A stretch of 64,000 nt of DNA from Chamaesiphon sp. (GCA_965246715.1 CBDFFH010000015.1:160001-224000); one strand, 5' to 3'. Counted from the stretch's first letter, positions 51,346 to 62,632 are shown. Made by a program: numbers and translations. Notes: generated by a model from the sequence alone, not told the origin.

Positions 51346-52167
51346 TTATTTCCCCTTCACCACATGTACCCGCTGAGTGAGCGTAGTCATCCCCGTAGGG
51401 CGGATGAAGACAGTCGATAACCAATAATCCCCCGACTTACCTGGAGCGCGAGCGATTTTAAATAAACCGCCAGCCGTGAGCAATTCAAACTTATAATTCG
51501 ATGGTTGAGCGTAACCTGCCGAAACGGGTTGTTCGAGTGTCGTACCGAGTAATACGTCGTCACCTAGCGGCTCGGTGACGATCGCATCGAGATTGTACTC
51601 CGCATTGGTTTGGAGCTTATCAGGTAAAGTGAGTTCGATCGTCGGTGGCTTGGTACCGCTGGATACCTGAGTGCGTTCCTGAAGCACCTGTTGCTGCACG
51701 ATTTGTCCGCCGACGATCTTTTGACGAGATTCGATCGTCGCTAATAGATTGTACGTTCTGCCATTTGCCTGTTGTACGCCAGTAATTTTGGTAATGGTAG
51801 TGGCTGTATAACCATTTCCCTGTGCCTGCCAGCTTGCCAGGGTGGTTGTATAGTTGAGATTGTTATAACCTTGCCAAAACTTTTCTAAAGACTGTTGCCA
51901 TGCTGCCTTATTCAAGCCGTCGCTGGTGGTGAAATTTGGGCTATAGTAGCGAGCCAAATCGGGTAATTTGCGCAGATTTGCCGCAGCATCGATCTTCGTT
52001 ATGATTGTCTGGAGCGGAGCGGGTGCATTTAACGCTGCGCTTTGTGCCCGAGCGGGAACCGCAACCAGCTGCTGACAACCGACAACCACTGCCGGAATTG
52101 CTAGTCGGTACCAAGATCTAGCTGACAGCGACAAAGATCGAAAATGAAAGATAGATTGCAACAACAT
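51346..52167 (-). CDS. Secreted NTF2-like domain protein
   Basis: Signal peptide; YSPNF..SDG motif. Confidence 0.7.
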   Translation of the reverse strand: MLLQSIFHFRSLSLSARSWYRLAIPAVVVGCQQLVAVPARAQSAALNAPAPLQTIITKIDAAANLRKLPDLARYYSPNFTTSDGLNKAAWQQSLEKFWQGYNNLNYTTTLASWQAQGNGYTATTITKITGVQQANGRTYNLLATIESRQKIVGGQIVQQQVLQERTQVSSGTKPPTIELTLPDKLQTNAEYNLDAIVTEPLGDDVLLGTTLEQPVSAGYAQPSNYKFELLTAGGLFKIARAPGKSGDYWLSTVFIRPTGMTTLTQRVHVVKGK

Positions 52168-52289
52168 AGTAATGCGGTCGAGGGGTAGATCGATATTACA
52201 TCTAGAATAACAGAACAACGATTCTCCTAGCGGAGATGCTACGCAAACGGCTAAAATAGCGGTGTCGCAGGTGAGGAGTCAAAATACTA

Positions 52290-53402
52290 GTGTCAAAGGA
52301 AGCTATCAAGCTACTGATTGCAGCAAGTGGAACTGGGGGACATGTATTTCCCGCGATCGCCGTCGCCCAAAAGCTGTCAGGATATCAGATTGAATGGTTG
52401 GGCGTACCCCATAGGTTGGAATCTAAATTAGTACCAAAAGAGTATCCACTACATATTATTAAAGTAGGTGGTTTTCAGGGTAAATTTGGTTTAAGTACAT
52501 TCAAAACTCTGAGCGGATTGATTAAAGGGATCTTTCAAGTCCGCACACTCCTCAAACAGGGAGAGTTTGATGCTGTCTTTAGTACAGGTGGCTATATTTC
52601 CGCCCCAGCGATTTTGGCGGGTTATTCACTCGGTTTACCCGTTTTCTTGCACGAATCAAATGCGCTTCCAGGTAAGGTTACCCGCTGGCTCAGTCCATTT
52701 TGTACGAAAGTAGCCGTCGGCTTTGTCGCCACCAGTAAGTATCTCCCGCGTGCGAAAACGATCTATCTCGGGACACCCTGTCGTCAAGAGTTCTTGTCGC
52801 CACAACCCCTCGATTTACCGATACCTGAAGGCAGTCCCCTAATTGTCGTCGTCGGCGGCTCACAAGGCGCAGTAGCCCTCAATCAGATGATTCGCAAATG
52901 TGTCAATCTGTGGTTAAATGCTGGCGCAACGATCGTCCATATCGTCGGTGGTGCCAATGCGCCGACAGAAAAAATCGAACATCCTCGATATATAGTGCTG
53001 CCCTTCTATGACAATATGGCGGGACTTTTTCAACGTGCCGATTTAGCGATTAGTCGGGCTGGTGCAGCAACGCTCAATGAGTTGATGATTACCCGCACTC
53101 CCTCGATCTTAGTGCCATACCCCTATGCGGCTGAAGATCATCAATATTACAATGCAAATGTTTTAGCGGCGGCTGATGGTGCGTTATTGTTTCGCCAGGA
53201 AAATCTCACATCGCAATTTTTAGCTGTCGAAGTCCTCAATCTGCTCCAAAATCCCCAACGCCTGAAAACAATGGCATCGAATACTAGTTCGTTAGGTGTG
53301 ATTAATAGTGCAGATTTGCTAGCGGATCTGATCGGAGAATCAGTTAAAGAGCGAATGCGAGCGCATTCGGCAAATCCTCAAACTAATAGATCGCATAGCT
53401 AA
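52290..53402 (+). CDS. murG: MurG glycosyltransferase
   Basis: GTGGH, HESN, GGSQGA, SRAGA, DHQYYN. Confidence 0.95.
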   Translation: MSKEAIKLLIAASGTGGHVFPAIAVAQKLSGYQIEWLGVPHRLESKLVPKEYPLHIIKVGGFQGKFGLSTFKTLSGLIKGIFQVRTLLKQGEFDAVFSTGGYISAPAILAGYSLGLPVFLHESNALPGKVTRWLSPFCTKVAVGFVATSKYLPRAKTIYLGTPCRQEFLSPQPLDLPIPEGSPLIVVVGGSQGAVALNQMIRKCVNLWLNAGATIVHIVGGANAPTEKIEHPRYIVLPFYDNMAGLFQRADLAISRAGAATLNELMITRTPSILVPYPYAAEDHQYYNANVLAAADGALLFRQENLTSQFLAVEVLNLLQNPQRLKTMASNTSSLGVINSADLLADLIGESVKERMRAHSANPQTNRSHS

Positions 53403-53490
53403 AGCCCCCGATCGCGATTTCACCCGACACTTAGATAATCGACGTTATAATTCGATTAGTTCATCCTCATCAACGATCTCAAATAAAATC

Positions 53491-53769
53491 ATGAAAGCAA
53501 CTTGGAATGACGTTACATTAGCTGAAAGCGACGCTACGGTAGTCGTCGAAAATAATCAGTATTTTCCCCCAGATAGTCTGAACAAACAGTATTTTATCGA
53601 CAGCACTACTCATACCAATTGTCCTTGGAAAGGGTCGGCTAGCTATTATAGTATCGAAGTTGATGGTAAAACAAATCCAGATGCAGCTTGGTACTATCCA
53701 GAGCCAAAAGATGCTGCTAAGAATATCAAAGGTTATATTGCTTTTTGGAAGGGAGTTAAAGTTGGATAA
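53491..53769 (+). CDS. DUF427 protein
   Basis: YFP, CPWKG.ASYY, AAWYY. Confidence 0.9.
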   Translation: MKATWNDVTLAESDATVVVENNQYFPPDSLNKQYFIDSTTHTNCPWKGSASYYSIEVDGKTNPDAAWYYPEPKDAAKNIKGYIAFWKGVKVG

Positions 53770-53829
53770 ATCTAGGTTAGCACGGATGAAAAATTGAATC
53801 GGTTTCCATTGCATTATCATTGAAGTAAC

Positions 53830-54199
53830 ATGATCGATCTCCAAATCATTACGGAATTACAATCTCAATTTATCAATATTCCTGAAGCTCTCATATCTCT
53901 GGAAACTATTGCTGACTGTGAGGGCGATCTCGAAGATGCTGCGATGGCTTTAGCAATCCGCGCCGGACAACAACCTGATATCAATAACAGTGAGTGGTTG
54001 CAAGGACTGGCTAAAAAAATGTCGCGTCGCTATCTGTATGTCAGAATTCCGTAATGATATGGTTAACGGCAACTTCACAACTTTATTCGAGCATTTTGTG
54101 GAGGTTAAAGTCTGTCCAAAAGTACTGATATTGCCAGTACTTTTATATGTTCACGAGCAAGGGGTTAACAAGTTTTGTGAACCCCTCGACCCAATTTAA
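53830..54199 (+). pseudogene. Hypothetical gene frameshifted at an A7 run
   Basis: Deleting one A at 54013-54019 joins the ORFs 53830 and 53990 (LAKKCRVAIC). Confidence 0.7.
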
Positions 54200-54287
54200 T
54201 TTCATAAATTCAGGTGTACCCCGATTGGGTGTTCGATCGAGATGGATTAGTAATGCGATCGACCGTACATACTAGAAATCGATCGTG

Positions 54288-54740
54288 CTAGTTAATATCC
54301 TGAAATAATGACTCTTTATAACTAGGATCTATTTCCCAATCTTCATTTTCGCCACCGATAAGTAGCTGAAGAACCTCTACATATTCTTTGCTTAATTGAT
54401 AGAGTGAATTAATTAAAATATCGATCGCAATCGCATCGCTAGTTCCGAGATCCATCCAGCAACGCGCCCAATTTCCCTCATATTCAAAATCTCCCATATT
54501 ATGCATCAATGACATCATACTGCTCTCAGCAGCATCGTTGTCATAATTCATATAACTTAGTTCTAAACCTGTTTCTTGAACTTGAGTATTTTCAGCATTA
54601 AAACCACCTAATTTACCCAAGAAAAACCACGAAGAAAATACTTCTTCAACTAATTTCTTTTCTTGTTCTGATGGAACGTTACTGAACTCCAGCCAAAACC
54701 AGACATCAAACTGACTGAACTCGCGAAACTGAACTTGCAT
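54288..54740 (-). CDS. DUF3531 family protein
   Basis: SWFFLGKLGGFN, WMDLGTSD. Confidence 0.85.
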   Translation of the reverse strand: MQVQFREFSQFDVWFWLEFSNVPSEQEKKLVEEVFSSWFFLGKLGGFNAENTQVQETGLELSYMNYDNDAAESSMMSLMHNMGDFEYEGNWARCWMDLGTSDAIAIDILINSLYQLSKEYVEVLQLLIGGENEDWEIDPSYKESLFQDIN

Positions 54741-54833
54741 ATTTAGGAGTGAGGGAGTGAGGGAGAATTAACTTACTTCTTTTTCCGATTCGTTAATACC
54801 GCCAGAATTTCATTCTTGGTGGAAGACGTGAAT

Positions 54834-55613
54834 TTACATATATCTAGTTAGATTGATGCGGTAGCGTTCTTTTTTGGTGATGGCTACTTCACCAACTTCT
54901 AGTCTACCTTTCCCGCGAATAGCAATTAAATCGCCAGCTTTGAGTGCGTGAGAAGATTGACCGATTTCTTTCCAATTGACGCGCACATCACCGCTTGATA
55001 TTAGATCTACCATTTTACTCCGAGACATCCCAAAGCCTGCAGATGCGATCGCATCTAATCTGAGCGAAGCTTCAACAGTCGTCATTTCCTTTTTCTTCGG
55101 TTCGCGAATTTTTAGTTCGCTCAAATCGATCCGGCGAGTTTTGACGGGAACCGATCGAACTTGAGTCAAATGAGTTTCTAAAAACTCTACCAACTCCGGC
55201 GCGACGATTGCTTGAGCGCCTTGTTCGCCCAAGACAATGATATCACCTGTCTTCTCTCGGACGATCCCACAACCCAACATTGCGCCTAAAAAATCCCGAT
55301 GCGTTGGCGGATCGAATAGGAAATTTCCAGCAATCTGAATGGCTGCCAAAGGAACTTGACTCTCTTCAAATGGCATTTCGCTACGGCAGAATGCTAACCG
55401 CTGTCTCTCGGCTTGTGGATAGCCACCAGATGCGATGATGTCTACTTCTGTGAGACGATCGAATATCCCTACGATTTCAGCAATTTCTGGTGGCGAAAGA
55501 AAGTCCGTTCCGACAATTTCCCAAGTTTTAATTGCTCGATCGGCAAGATCGATCGCGCGCGCTACGACTTCACGATTTTCAACACGTTTTAATAAATCTT
55601 CTCTGGGGAGCAT
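54834..55613 (-). CDS. Photosystem II S4-domain protein (YlmH/Sll1252-like)
   Basis: HRDFLG, SLRLDA, RGKGR. Confidence 0.9.
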   Translation of the reverse strand: MLPREDLLKRVENREVVARAIDLADRAIKTWEIVGTDFLSPPEIAEIVGIFDRLTEVDIIASGGYPQAERQRLAFCRSEMPFEESQVPLAAIQIAGNFLFDPPTHRDFLGAMLGCGIVREKTGDIIVLGEQGAQAIVAPELVEFLETHLTQVRSVPVKTRRIDLSELKIREPKKKEMTTVEASLRLDAIASAGFGMSRSKMVDLISSGDVRVNWKEIGQSSHALKAGDLIAIRGKGRLEVGEVAITKKERYRINLTRYM

Positions 55614-55865
55614 CGGTGAAATTATGAATTATGAGTTATGAATTTAAGAGATAAGTTGCCAAGGCGATCGCTGACGGAGATCGTCATCTAATCTGCACTA
55701 ATTATATGCTCCGAGCGATATATACTCTATAAACGGGAGATAGAAATAGACCGAATATTCACTCGATCGCCTACTAAGTGGTTCCCAATCGAATGAGGTA
55801 CCTTCACTAGCCACTAGCCACTAAAACCACTAATAATGCTCTTCACTGGAATGAGAACCGCTATA

Positions 55866-56432
55866 TTAATTATAAACATCTTCATAGATGAGCGACAGTG
55901 GAATGGTGAAATCGATCGATTGTAATTCTAAGCTATCTTCCTCCGCTAGCGTTTTTATCGACCACTTACCTATACTGTCACGGCGATAGATTTCCACCTG
56001 CTGCTCTATTTGTGAAACTAATACATATTCCTGAAGACTCGATAATTTTTGATATTCCAACCATTTCTCCCGACGGTCGGTTGCTTCAGTACTTGGAGAA
56101 AGAACTTCGACAATCAGGCATGGACATGTCAGAAAAAACTTTTGATTATCTTGAGGATTGCAAGTAACAACGACATCGGGATAATAGAAGATATCTGTTT
56201 GTTGACTATCGATCTTTACCTTCATATCTGAGACAAATCCCCGGCAATTAGTGCCGCGTAAATGATTGCGTATCGCCGAGGCAATATTCAAAGCAATTAA
56301 ATTATGATTGCGGCTGGCTCCAGACATTGCATATACTTGGCCGCCCAGATATTCATGTTTGATTTCACTTTGTTCTTCAGCTGCTAAATATTCAGCGATC
56401 GTTAGTAAGTAATCTTTGATTGGTAAGTACAT
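55866..56432 (-). CDS. Uma2-family endonuclease
   Basis: YPDVVV, VEVLSPST..DR.EK. Confidence 0.9.
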   Translation of the reverse strand: MYLPIKDYLLTIAEYLAAEEQSEIKHEYLGGQVYAMSGASRNHNLIALNIASAIRNHLRGTNCRGFVSDMKVKIDSQQTDIFYYPDVVVTCNPQDNQKFFLTCPCLIVEVLSPSTEATDRREKWLEYQKLSSLQEYVLVSQIEQQVEIYRRDSIGKWSIKTLAEEDSLELQSIDFTIPLSLIYEDVYN

Positions 56433-56475
56433 ATTTAAAATGTCTCATCATAAAAAGGCCGCATTAATCTTAGCT

Positions 56476-56994
56476 CTACTGATACATATCGATGTAGCTT
56501 TGAATGTTTTCCAGGTCGAACTTGCGTAAGATGGTAGTTGCTTGTTGGAGTAACATTTGGGAGCCTTCAACGACGATTAGATATTTCCCGGCATTAATGC
56601 GATTGCGATACGGTAAAGCATCGCCGCTACCAAAGGCAATCCCGCCACCACCACCGATAAAGACGCTACCCATCGCACCGCCGATCGCACCTAGCAATCC
56701 ACCGATAACCCGATCGCCGATTTCCCCAGCCCAGGCAAATGTATGTAAATTAGTGCTCAGACTAAAAGCGACTCCACCAATAAAACCAAATGGAATCAAC
56801 CAAATTGCCATCAGTTTGGCTTGTTTTTGGGCTACTTCATTGGGATCGATCAGTCCAAATTCGTCAGCGGTTTTGTAGCCGCGCCCGAGAATAGTCACTT
56901 TGTTTAGCGGTAAACCTTGTTGTTCGAGCATCGTATAGGCAGATTCAGCTTGGATGCGATCGGATAGAACGGCGACGAGATAATTATTATTCAT
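56476..56994 (-). CDS. Conserved membrane protein
   Basis: ATG at 56994; Gly-rich transmembrane hairpin. Confidence 0.7.
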   Translation of the reverse strand: MNNNYLVAVLSDRIQAESAYTMLEQQGLPLNKVTILGRGYKTADEFGLIDPNEVAQKQAKLMAIWLIPFGFIGGVAFSLSTNLHTFAWAGEIGDRVIGGLLGAIGGAMGSVFIGGGGGIAFGSGDALPYRNRINAGKYLIVVEGSQMLLQQATTILRKFDLENIQSYIDMYQ

Positions 56995-57152
56995 GGTGGC
57001 GGAGAATCGATCCGAGTAAGTGCTTACTCCCAGTTTGCGGTAATTATGTAGCGATCGCAATTGTGAAATTGAACCAACGGATAGCGCAACTCGATGGCGA
57101 ATCCAGTTAAAATGCCTATTGCGTTGACTTTTTTCCCTAATCTAACCGAATC

Positions 57153-58739
57153 ATGTCTAAGGTTCTTGTTTCCGACCCTATCGACCAAGCAGGGATTGAT
57201 ATCCTCTTGCAAGTCGCTCAAGTAGATGTAAAAACTGGGCTACCACCAGAAGAATTGGCGCGGATTATCGGCGACTATGATGCGATTATGATTCGCTCGG
57301 AAACCCGCGTCACCAAAGAAATTATCGAAGCCGCTACCAATCTCAAGATTATCGGACGTGCGGGTGTAGGGGTAGATAACGTCGATGTCCCCGCCGCTAC
57401 CCGCAAAGGAATCGTCGTCGTCAACTCTCCCGAAGGTAACACGATCGCGGCTGCCGAACACGCGCTGGCGATGATGCTCGCGATGTCGCGCTACATCCCC
57501 GAAGCGAATAAGTCGATGAAAGAGGGACAGTGGAACCGCAAACTGTTTGTCGGGACTGAAGTTTACAAAAAGACCCTGGGTGTCGTCGGCTTGGGTAAAA
57601 TTGGCTCCCATGTTGCTACCGTTGCCAAAGCAATGGGGATGAAATTACTCGCATACGACCCCTTTATTTCAGCCGAACGTGCGGAACAACTGGGTTGTAG
57701 ATTGGTAGATTTGGATGCGATTTTCCGCGAGTCCGACTATATCACCCTCCATATCCCCAAAACGCCAGAAACAGCCAATTTAATTAACGCTGAATCGCTG
57801 GCGAAGATGAAACCCAATGCGCGAATTATCAACTGCGCGCGTGGCGGAATTATCGACGAAGCCGCTCTTGCAGCCGCATTAAAGGCAGGCACGATCGCTG
57901 GTGCTGCGATCGATGTATTTGCAGTCGAACCACTCGGCGAATCTGAATTACGCTCCCTCGGCAAAGAAATCGTGCTTACGCCCCACCTAGGAGCCTCTAC
58001 CGCCGAAGCCCAAGTCAATGTCGCTCTAGATGTTGCCGAACAGATTCGGGACGTGTTGCTGGGGCTACCAGCCCGCTCTGCGGTAAATATTCCTGGTCTG
58101 CATCCCGATGCGATCGCCAAACTCAAGCCCTATCTCCAACTCGCCGAAACACTCGGTAATATGGTCAGCCAACTAGCTGGCGGACGCATCAACGATCTCC
58201 AAGTTGGATTGTACGGCGATCTTGCCGAACAGCAAACCAAACCGATTATTACCGCTGCGCTCAAAGGCTTGCTCTCTCCCGCACTTCGGGAACGGGTGAA
58301 TTATGTCAATGCGGGCATCGAAGCTAAAGAACGCGGCATTCATGTCTTGGAGACTCGCGACGCATCGGTGCGGGACTATGCAGCTACCATCAAACTGATT
58401 GCCAAAGGTTCGCTAGGACAACATTCAGTTACTGGGGCACTGCTAGGCGACAGTGAGATGCGAATCACCAGTGTGGATGATTTCCCTGTCAACGTTGTAC
58501 CTACCCAAAATATGTTGTTCACGGTACACAAAGATGTTCCTGGCATCATTGGGATCATCGGTTCGCTACTGGGTAAATTTAATGTCAATATTGCCAGTAT
58601 GCAAGTCGGTCGCAAAATCGTGCGCGGCGATGCAGTCATGGTCTTGAGTTTGGACGATCCGTTGCCGGATGGAATTCTCGCTGAAATCAAACAAGTGAAT
58701 GGAATTAGTGATGCTTATACCGTGACTTTAACTAGTTAA
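57153..58739 (+). CDS. serA: D-3-phosphoglycerate dehydrogenase
   Basis: RAGVGVDN, GLGKIG, TPHLGAST, C-terminal ACT domain. Confidence 0.96.
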   Translation: MSKVLVSDPIDQAGIDILLQVAQVDVKTGLPPEELARIIGDYDAIMIRSETRVTKEIIEAATNLKIIGRAGVGVDNVDVPAATRKGIVVVNSPEGNTIAAAEHALAMMLAMSRYIPEANKSMKEGQWNRKLFVGTEVYKKTLGVVGLGKIGSHVATVAKAMGMKLLAYDPFISAERAEQLGCRLVDLDAIFRESDYITLHIPKTPETANLINAESLAKMKPNARIINCARGGIIDEAALAAALKAGTIAGAAIDVFAVEPLGESELRSLGKEIVLTPHLGASTAEAQVNVALDVAEQIRDVLLGLPARSAVNIPGLHPDAIAKLKPYLQLAETLGNMVSQLAGGRINDLQVGLYGDLAEQQTKPIITAALKGLLSPALRERVNYVNAGIEAKERGIHVLETRDASVRDYAATIKLIAKGSLGQHSVTGALLGDSEMRITSVDDFPVNVVPTQNMLFTVHKDVPGIIGIIGSLLGKFNVNIASMQVGRKIVRGDAVMVLSLDDPLPDGILAEIKQVNGISDAYTVTLTS

Positions 58740-59057
58740 ATAGTTGCTCGCTAACAAATCTCCTTCCCAGCGGTGAGAAAGGCAAGAGTTATGATACTGT
58801 GGTGATGACAAATCAGAGATTTGCCACAGTATCTGCCAAAATATCTCTCAAAATCGAGTAGAATCTCAGCGATTATCTAACTTAAAATAATTTGGCTGTA
58901 TCTACCGATCGAACCATTCGGGGTGACGCGCTTCAAGAATGGCACGATTAGCATCACTGTCGAACCATCACGAAGATCGACCCGATCTCCTGGCAGACAC
59001 TAGTTTGTTGACTCCTTCCCATCTCAACAACAGATTAATTCATAATTTTTAAGCATC

Positions 59058-59981
59058 ATGACCAATAGCTGGTGGGAAATTAAGATCGAATGCGTACCTA
59101 GTTTAGAAGAAATAATCTTCTGGAGACTGAGTGAGTTTGGATGCAAAGGGATGTCAACCCAAAAACTGGGCCAAGATCTGTCTATTTCGGCATATATCCC
59201 ACAAATCCAATTTAAGTTAGTCGAAGTAGCCGATGCCTTACTTCAGATTGAAGGAGATGCTGAACAAAACGGTTGTCCGATCCCAGTTTCTAGCTGTGTT
59301 TTAATTGATGAAGAAGATTGGTCGAGTAGCTGGAAACAACATTGGACGGCACAACCGATCGGCGATCGATTATTAATCAATCCAGCTTGGTTAGAAGTGC
59401 CAGCAGATACGGAGCCTCTTGCAGAGGGGCAATGCCAACGCATCGTTCTCCAACTCGATCCTGGTGTTGCCTTTGGGACGGGTACTCATGCGACGACACA
59501 ATTGTGTCTAGAAGCCCTCGAAATGCGCCTGCAACCTGGGATAAATCTCTCGCAGGGCATAATTATCGCCGATCTTGGCTGCGGCTCGGGGATTTTGTCC
59601 ACAGCAGCGTTATTGTTGGGTGCAAAACAGGTTTATGCTGTCGATACCGATCCGTTAGCTGTCAAAGCAACTGGCGAAAATTGCATCTTAAATGGCATTG
59701 CCCCAGAGAGATTGGTAGTAGAGCTAGGTAGTATCGAAATGCTGCAACTAATAATTCCCGAACCGTTAGATGGCTTTGTCTGCAATATTTTAGCGGATGT
59801 AATTATCAAGCTAGCACCACAGATGAAAACGCTCGTCAAACCAAAAGGGTGGGCAGCACTAAGTGGTATTTTGTCGAGTCAAGTTGCAACTGTTTCCCAC
59901 ACGCTCGAACAACATGGTTGGATGGTAGGTACTGTCTGGAATCGGCAAGAATGGAGTTGCATCAATCTCAAGTTAAAATAA
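59058..59981 (+). CDS. prmA: Ribosomal protein L11 methyltransferase
   Basis: AFGTGTH.TT, DLGCGSGIL, NIL. Confidence 0.93.
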   Translation: MTNSWWEIKIECVPSLEEIIFWRLSEFGCKGMSTQKLGQDLSISAYIPQIQFKLVEVADALLQIEGDAEQNGCPIPVSSCVLIDEEDWSSSWKQHWTAQPIGDRLLINPAWLEVPADTEPLAEGQCQRIVLQLDPGVAFGTGTHATTQLCLEALEMRLQPGINLSQGIIIADLGCGSGILSTAALLLGAKQVYAVDTDPLAVKATGENCILNGIAPERLVVELGSIEMLQLIIPEPLDGFVCNILADVIIKLAPQMKTLVKPKGWAALSGILSSQVATVSHTLEQHGWMVGTVWNRQEWSCINLKLK

Positions 59982-60155
59982 TGGGTTAGCTCCCAATCTC
60001 AGATTTTTTATAGGTGCGCTCCATTCACAGATAATCAGCCTCACATCTTGCACCAGCGGCTCACGCTCTGGAGGTTCCCTCCAGAGCGCTCGACACAAGA
60101 TAATATATAAAGACTAGTAAAAGCAGAGATCTTAGGGTACCGTGGATCTACTAAG

Positions 60156-61946
60156 TTAAAATCCTTTGGCAACACCCTCGCCACGAGGATCTGCCGCTCC
60201 TTCGAGTCTACCATCCGGTAATTGCCCGATCGCATTAGCATTACCCCAATACTCGCGTTGCTCGATCGTGTGTCCCCGCCGCCGCAATTCGGCTAGTGTC
60301 GTCGCATCAAAACCCCACGGATCGACATTTACCTTGTCTGGTAACCATTGATGGTGAATGCGCCCCGCAGCAACAGCCGCGCCGACATCCATTTTGTACT
60401 CCAAGACATTTAGTAAGATCTGCAACACGGTAGTAATAATCGTACTCCCGCCAGGTGCCCCGATCGCCAGCCGAAATTTACCGTTTTCAGTCACGATCGT
60501 CGGTGTCATGCTCGATAATGGTGTCTTGCCAGGGGCGATCGAGTTTGCTTCACCACCCACTAACCCAAATACATTCGCAACTCCCGGTGCTGCGGCGAAA
60601 TCATCCATCTGGTCGTTCAATAAAATCCCCGTTCCAGGTACTACCACCCCCGCACCAAAACGGTAATTTACGGTAAATGTCAAGCTGACGACGTTCCGCT
60701 GTTTGTCTACAACTGTCAGGTGACTGGTTTCCTTCGATTCGGATAATGGTTGCTTACTACTAGTTATTTGTGCGGAGGAGTGTTTCTGGTGGGTACCGCC
60801 GACAGCAGCGGATCGCTCGAATTGTTTTAAGATCTCTGGTGCAGCTGGTTGCACGGTGCTAGAAGGGCGCGCCTTGTCCATTTTAATTTCCTGACGGCGC
60901 AGTGCGGCATAAGCTGGATTGATGAGCGCAGCTACAGGTACTTTAGTAAAATCTGGATCGCCGAGATATTTCGATCGATCTGCATAAGCAATTCGCATCG
61001 ACTCGATCAGCAGATGCAAAGCATCCGGACTATGCCAACCCATTTTCGCCAAATCGGTACTCCCGATCGTATTTAAGATTTGCACTAGATGTACTCCGCC
61101 AGATGATGGTGGTGGCATCGAACAGACATCATACTGGCGAAATTTGCCACATAGCGGCTCCCGCCATTTTGGGCGATAAGCTTTGAGATCTGCCAGGGTA
61201 ATCAAACCCTTATTCTGGCGCATGTCACGATCGATCGCACTCGCAATCTTCCCGGTATAAAAGTTCTGCGGATTGCGTGCGATCGCAATTAACGTCTGCG
61301 CTAAATCGCGTTGAATTAACTTTTCGCCTGGTTGCAAAGGTTGCCCATTGCGCGTGAAAATTTCTCTCGCAGCGGCATTGCTCGCGAGGAGTTTCTGTTT
61401 GGACTTGGCTTGTTCGGTATAGATTTCACTGACGGTAAAGCCATCGCGCGCGAGTTTAATCGCAGGTGCTACTACCGTCCGCCAGGGTAACTTACCATAC
61501 TTCTGATGTGCTGCTGCCAGTCCCGCGATCGTCCCCGGTACGCTAGCTGCTAAATGACCTTCCAGACTAGCATTCGGGCGCACTTTGCCCTGAGCATCTA
61601 GAAACATATTCCGCGTTGCTTTCTGTGGTGCGCGTTCGCGAAAATCTAGCGATTTCGTCTCGCTCCCCACCTTTGCCAGCATAAAACCACCAGCGCCAAT
61701 TCCTGCCGAAAACGGCTCGACGACAGAAATAGCTAGCGTTGTCGCTACCGCAGCATCGATCGCATTTCCACCTTGCTGAAGCATCTCCACCCCCGCCTGT
61801 GTCGCCAGCGGATGCGCCGATGCCACCATCCCATTTTGACTGTGAACGGGACGCGGAAACGCCGCAAATGCAGGAGCAGAAATAGCTAAGATAACGAGCG
61901 AACTAACAGTTGCTCCGAATCGATGAAAATACCCGATCGTACTCAA
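60156..61946 (-). CDS. ggt: Gamma-glutamyltransferase
   Basis: GGNAIDAA, ETSH (nucleophile Thr), SSMTPT, DPR. Confidence 0.95.
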   Translation of the reverse strand: MSTIGYFHRFGATVSSLVILAISAPAFAAFPRPVHSQNGMVASAHPLATQAGVEMLQQGGNAIDAAVATTLAISVVEPFSAGIGAGGFMLAKVGSETKSLDFRERAPQKATRNMFLDAQGKVRPNASLEGHLAASVPGTIAGLAAAHQKYGKLPWRTVVAPAIKLARDGFTVSEIYTEQAKSKQKLLASNAAAREIFTRNGQPLQPGEKLIQRDLAQTLIAIARNPQNFYTGKIASAIDRDMRQNKGLITLADLKAYRPKWREPLCGKFRQYDVCSMPPPSSGGVHLVQILNTIGSTDLAKMGWHSPDALHLLIESMRIAYADRSKYLGDPDFTKVPVAALINPAYAALRRQEIKMDKARPSSTVQPAAPEILKQFERSAAVGGTHQKHSSAQITSSKQPLSESKETSHLTVVDKQRNVVSLTFTVNYRFGAGVVVPGTGILLNDQMDDFAAAPGVANVFGLVGGEANSIAPGKTPLSSMTPTIVTENGKFRLAIGAPGGSTIITTVLQILLNVLEYKMDVGAAVAAGRIHHQWLPDKVNVDPWGFDATTLAELRRRGHTIEQREYWGNANAIGQLPDGRLEGAADPRGEGVAKGF

Positions 61947-62044
61947 GATCTTACCTCTGCGCTCTCTGCGCCGCTGTGGTTAAATTATCGAGAGATCTAC
62001 GGCAAACAAATCGCCTACGATTGCTATAGAACATAGTTAATAAT

Positions 62045-62632
62045 ATGCCAAAACTAATTGTCGCGACTAGCAATCCGGGTAAATTGAAAGAAATGCAAGC
62101 CTATCTCAGCGCTAGTGACTGGGAACTCAGCCTCAAACCTGCGGAATTAGATGTCGATGAAACGAGAGATAGTTTTGCCGCTAACGCCTGTCAGAAAGCC
62201 TCAGAAGTGGCGATCGCACTAAATTGTTGGGCGATTGCTGATGATTCGGGCTTACAGGTGGATGCGCTGGGTGGCGCGCCGGGGATCTATTCAGCACGGT
62301 ATGCCGACACAGATCCAGCTAGGATCGATCGAGTGTTGCGGGAATTAGGCGATAATCCCGATCGGGGCGCTCAATTTAGCTGTGCGGTAGCGGTAGCGCG
62401 TCCCGATGGCACGATTGCCGCCCAAGCAGAAGGGATCTGTCGAGGGGAAATCCTCACAGCTCCGCAGGGTGTGGATGGATTTGGTTACGATCCGATTTTT
62501 TATGTGCCAGAGCGACAACTTACTTTCGCCGAAATGTCCAAGGACATCAAACGCAGTATCAGTCACCGGGGCAAGGCATTTGCGATCGTTAACAACCAGC
62601 TAGCTCAGATCGCCAGTCACGATCGGATCTAA
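62045..62632 (+). CDS. rdgB: Non-canonical purine NTP pyrophosphatase (RdgB/HAM1)
   Basis: TSNPGK, DDSGL, FGYDP, SHR. Confidence 0.93.
   Translation: MPKLIVATSNPGKLKEMQAYLSASDWELSLKPAELDVDETRDSFAANACQKASEVAIALNCWAIADDSGLQVDALGGAPGIYSARYADTDPARIDRVLRELGDNPDRGAQFSCAVAVARPDGTIAAQAEGICRGEILTAPQGVDGFGYDPIFYVPERQLTFAEMSKDIKRSISHRGKAFAIVNNQLAQIASHDRI

Noticed and set aside
60735..60815. Mobile insertion in ggt before the catalytic Thr
   Set aside because: This linker is naturally variable and no clear repeat match was found.
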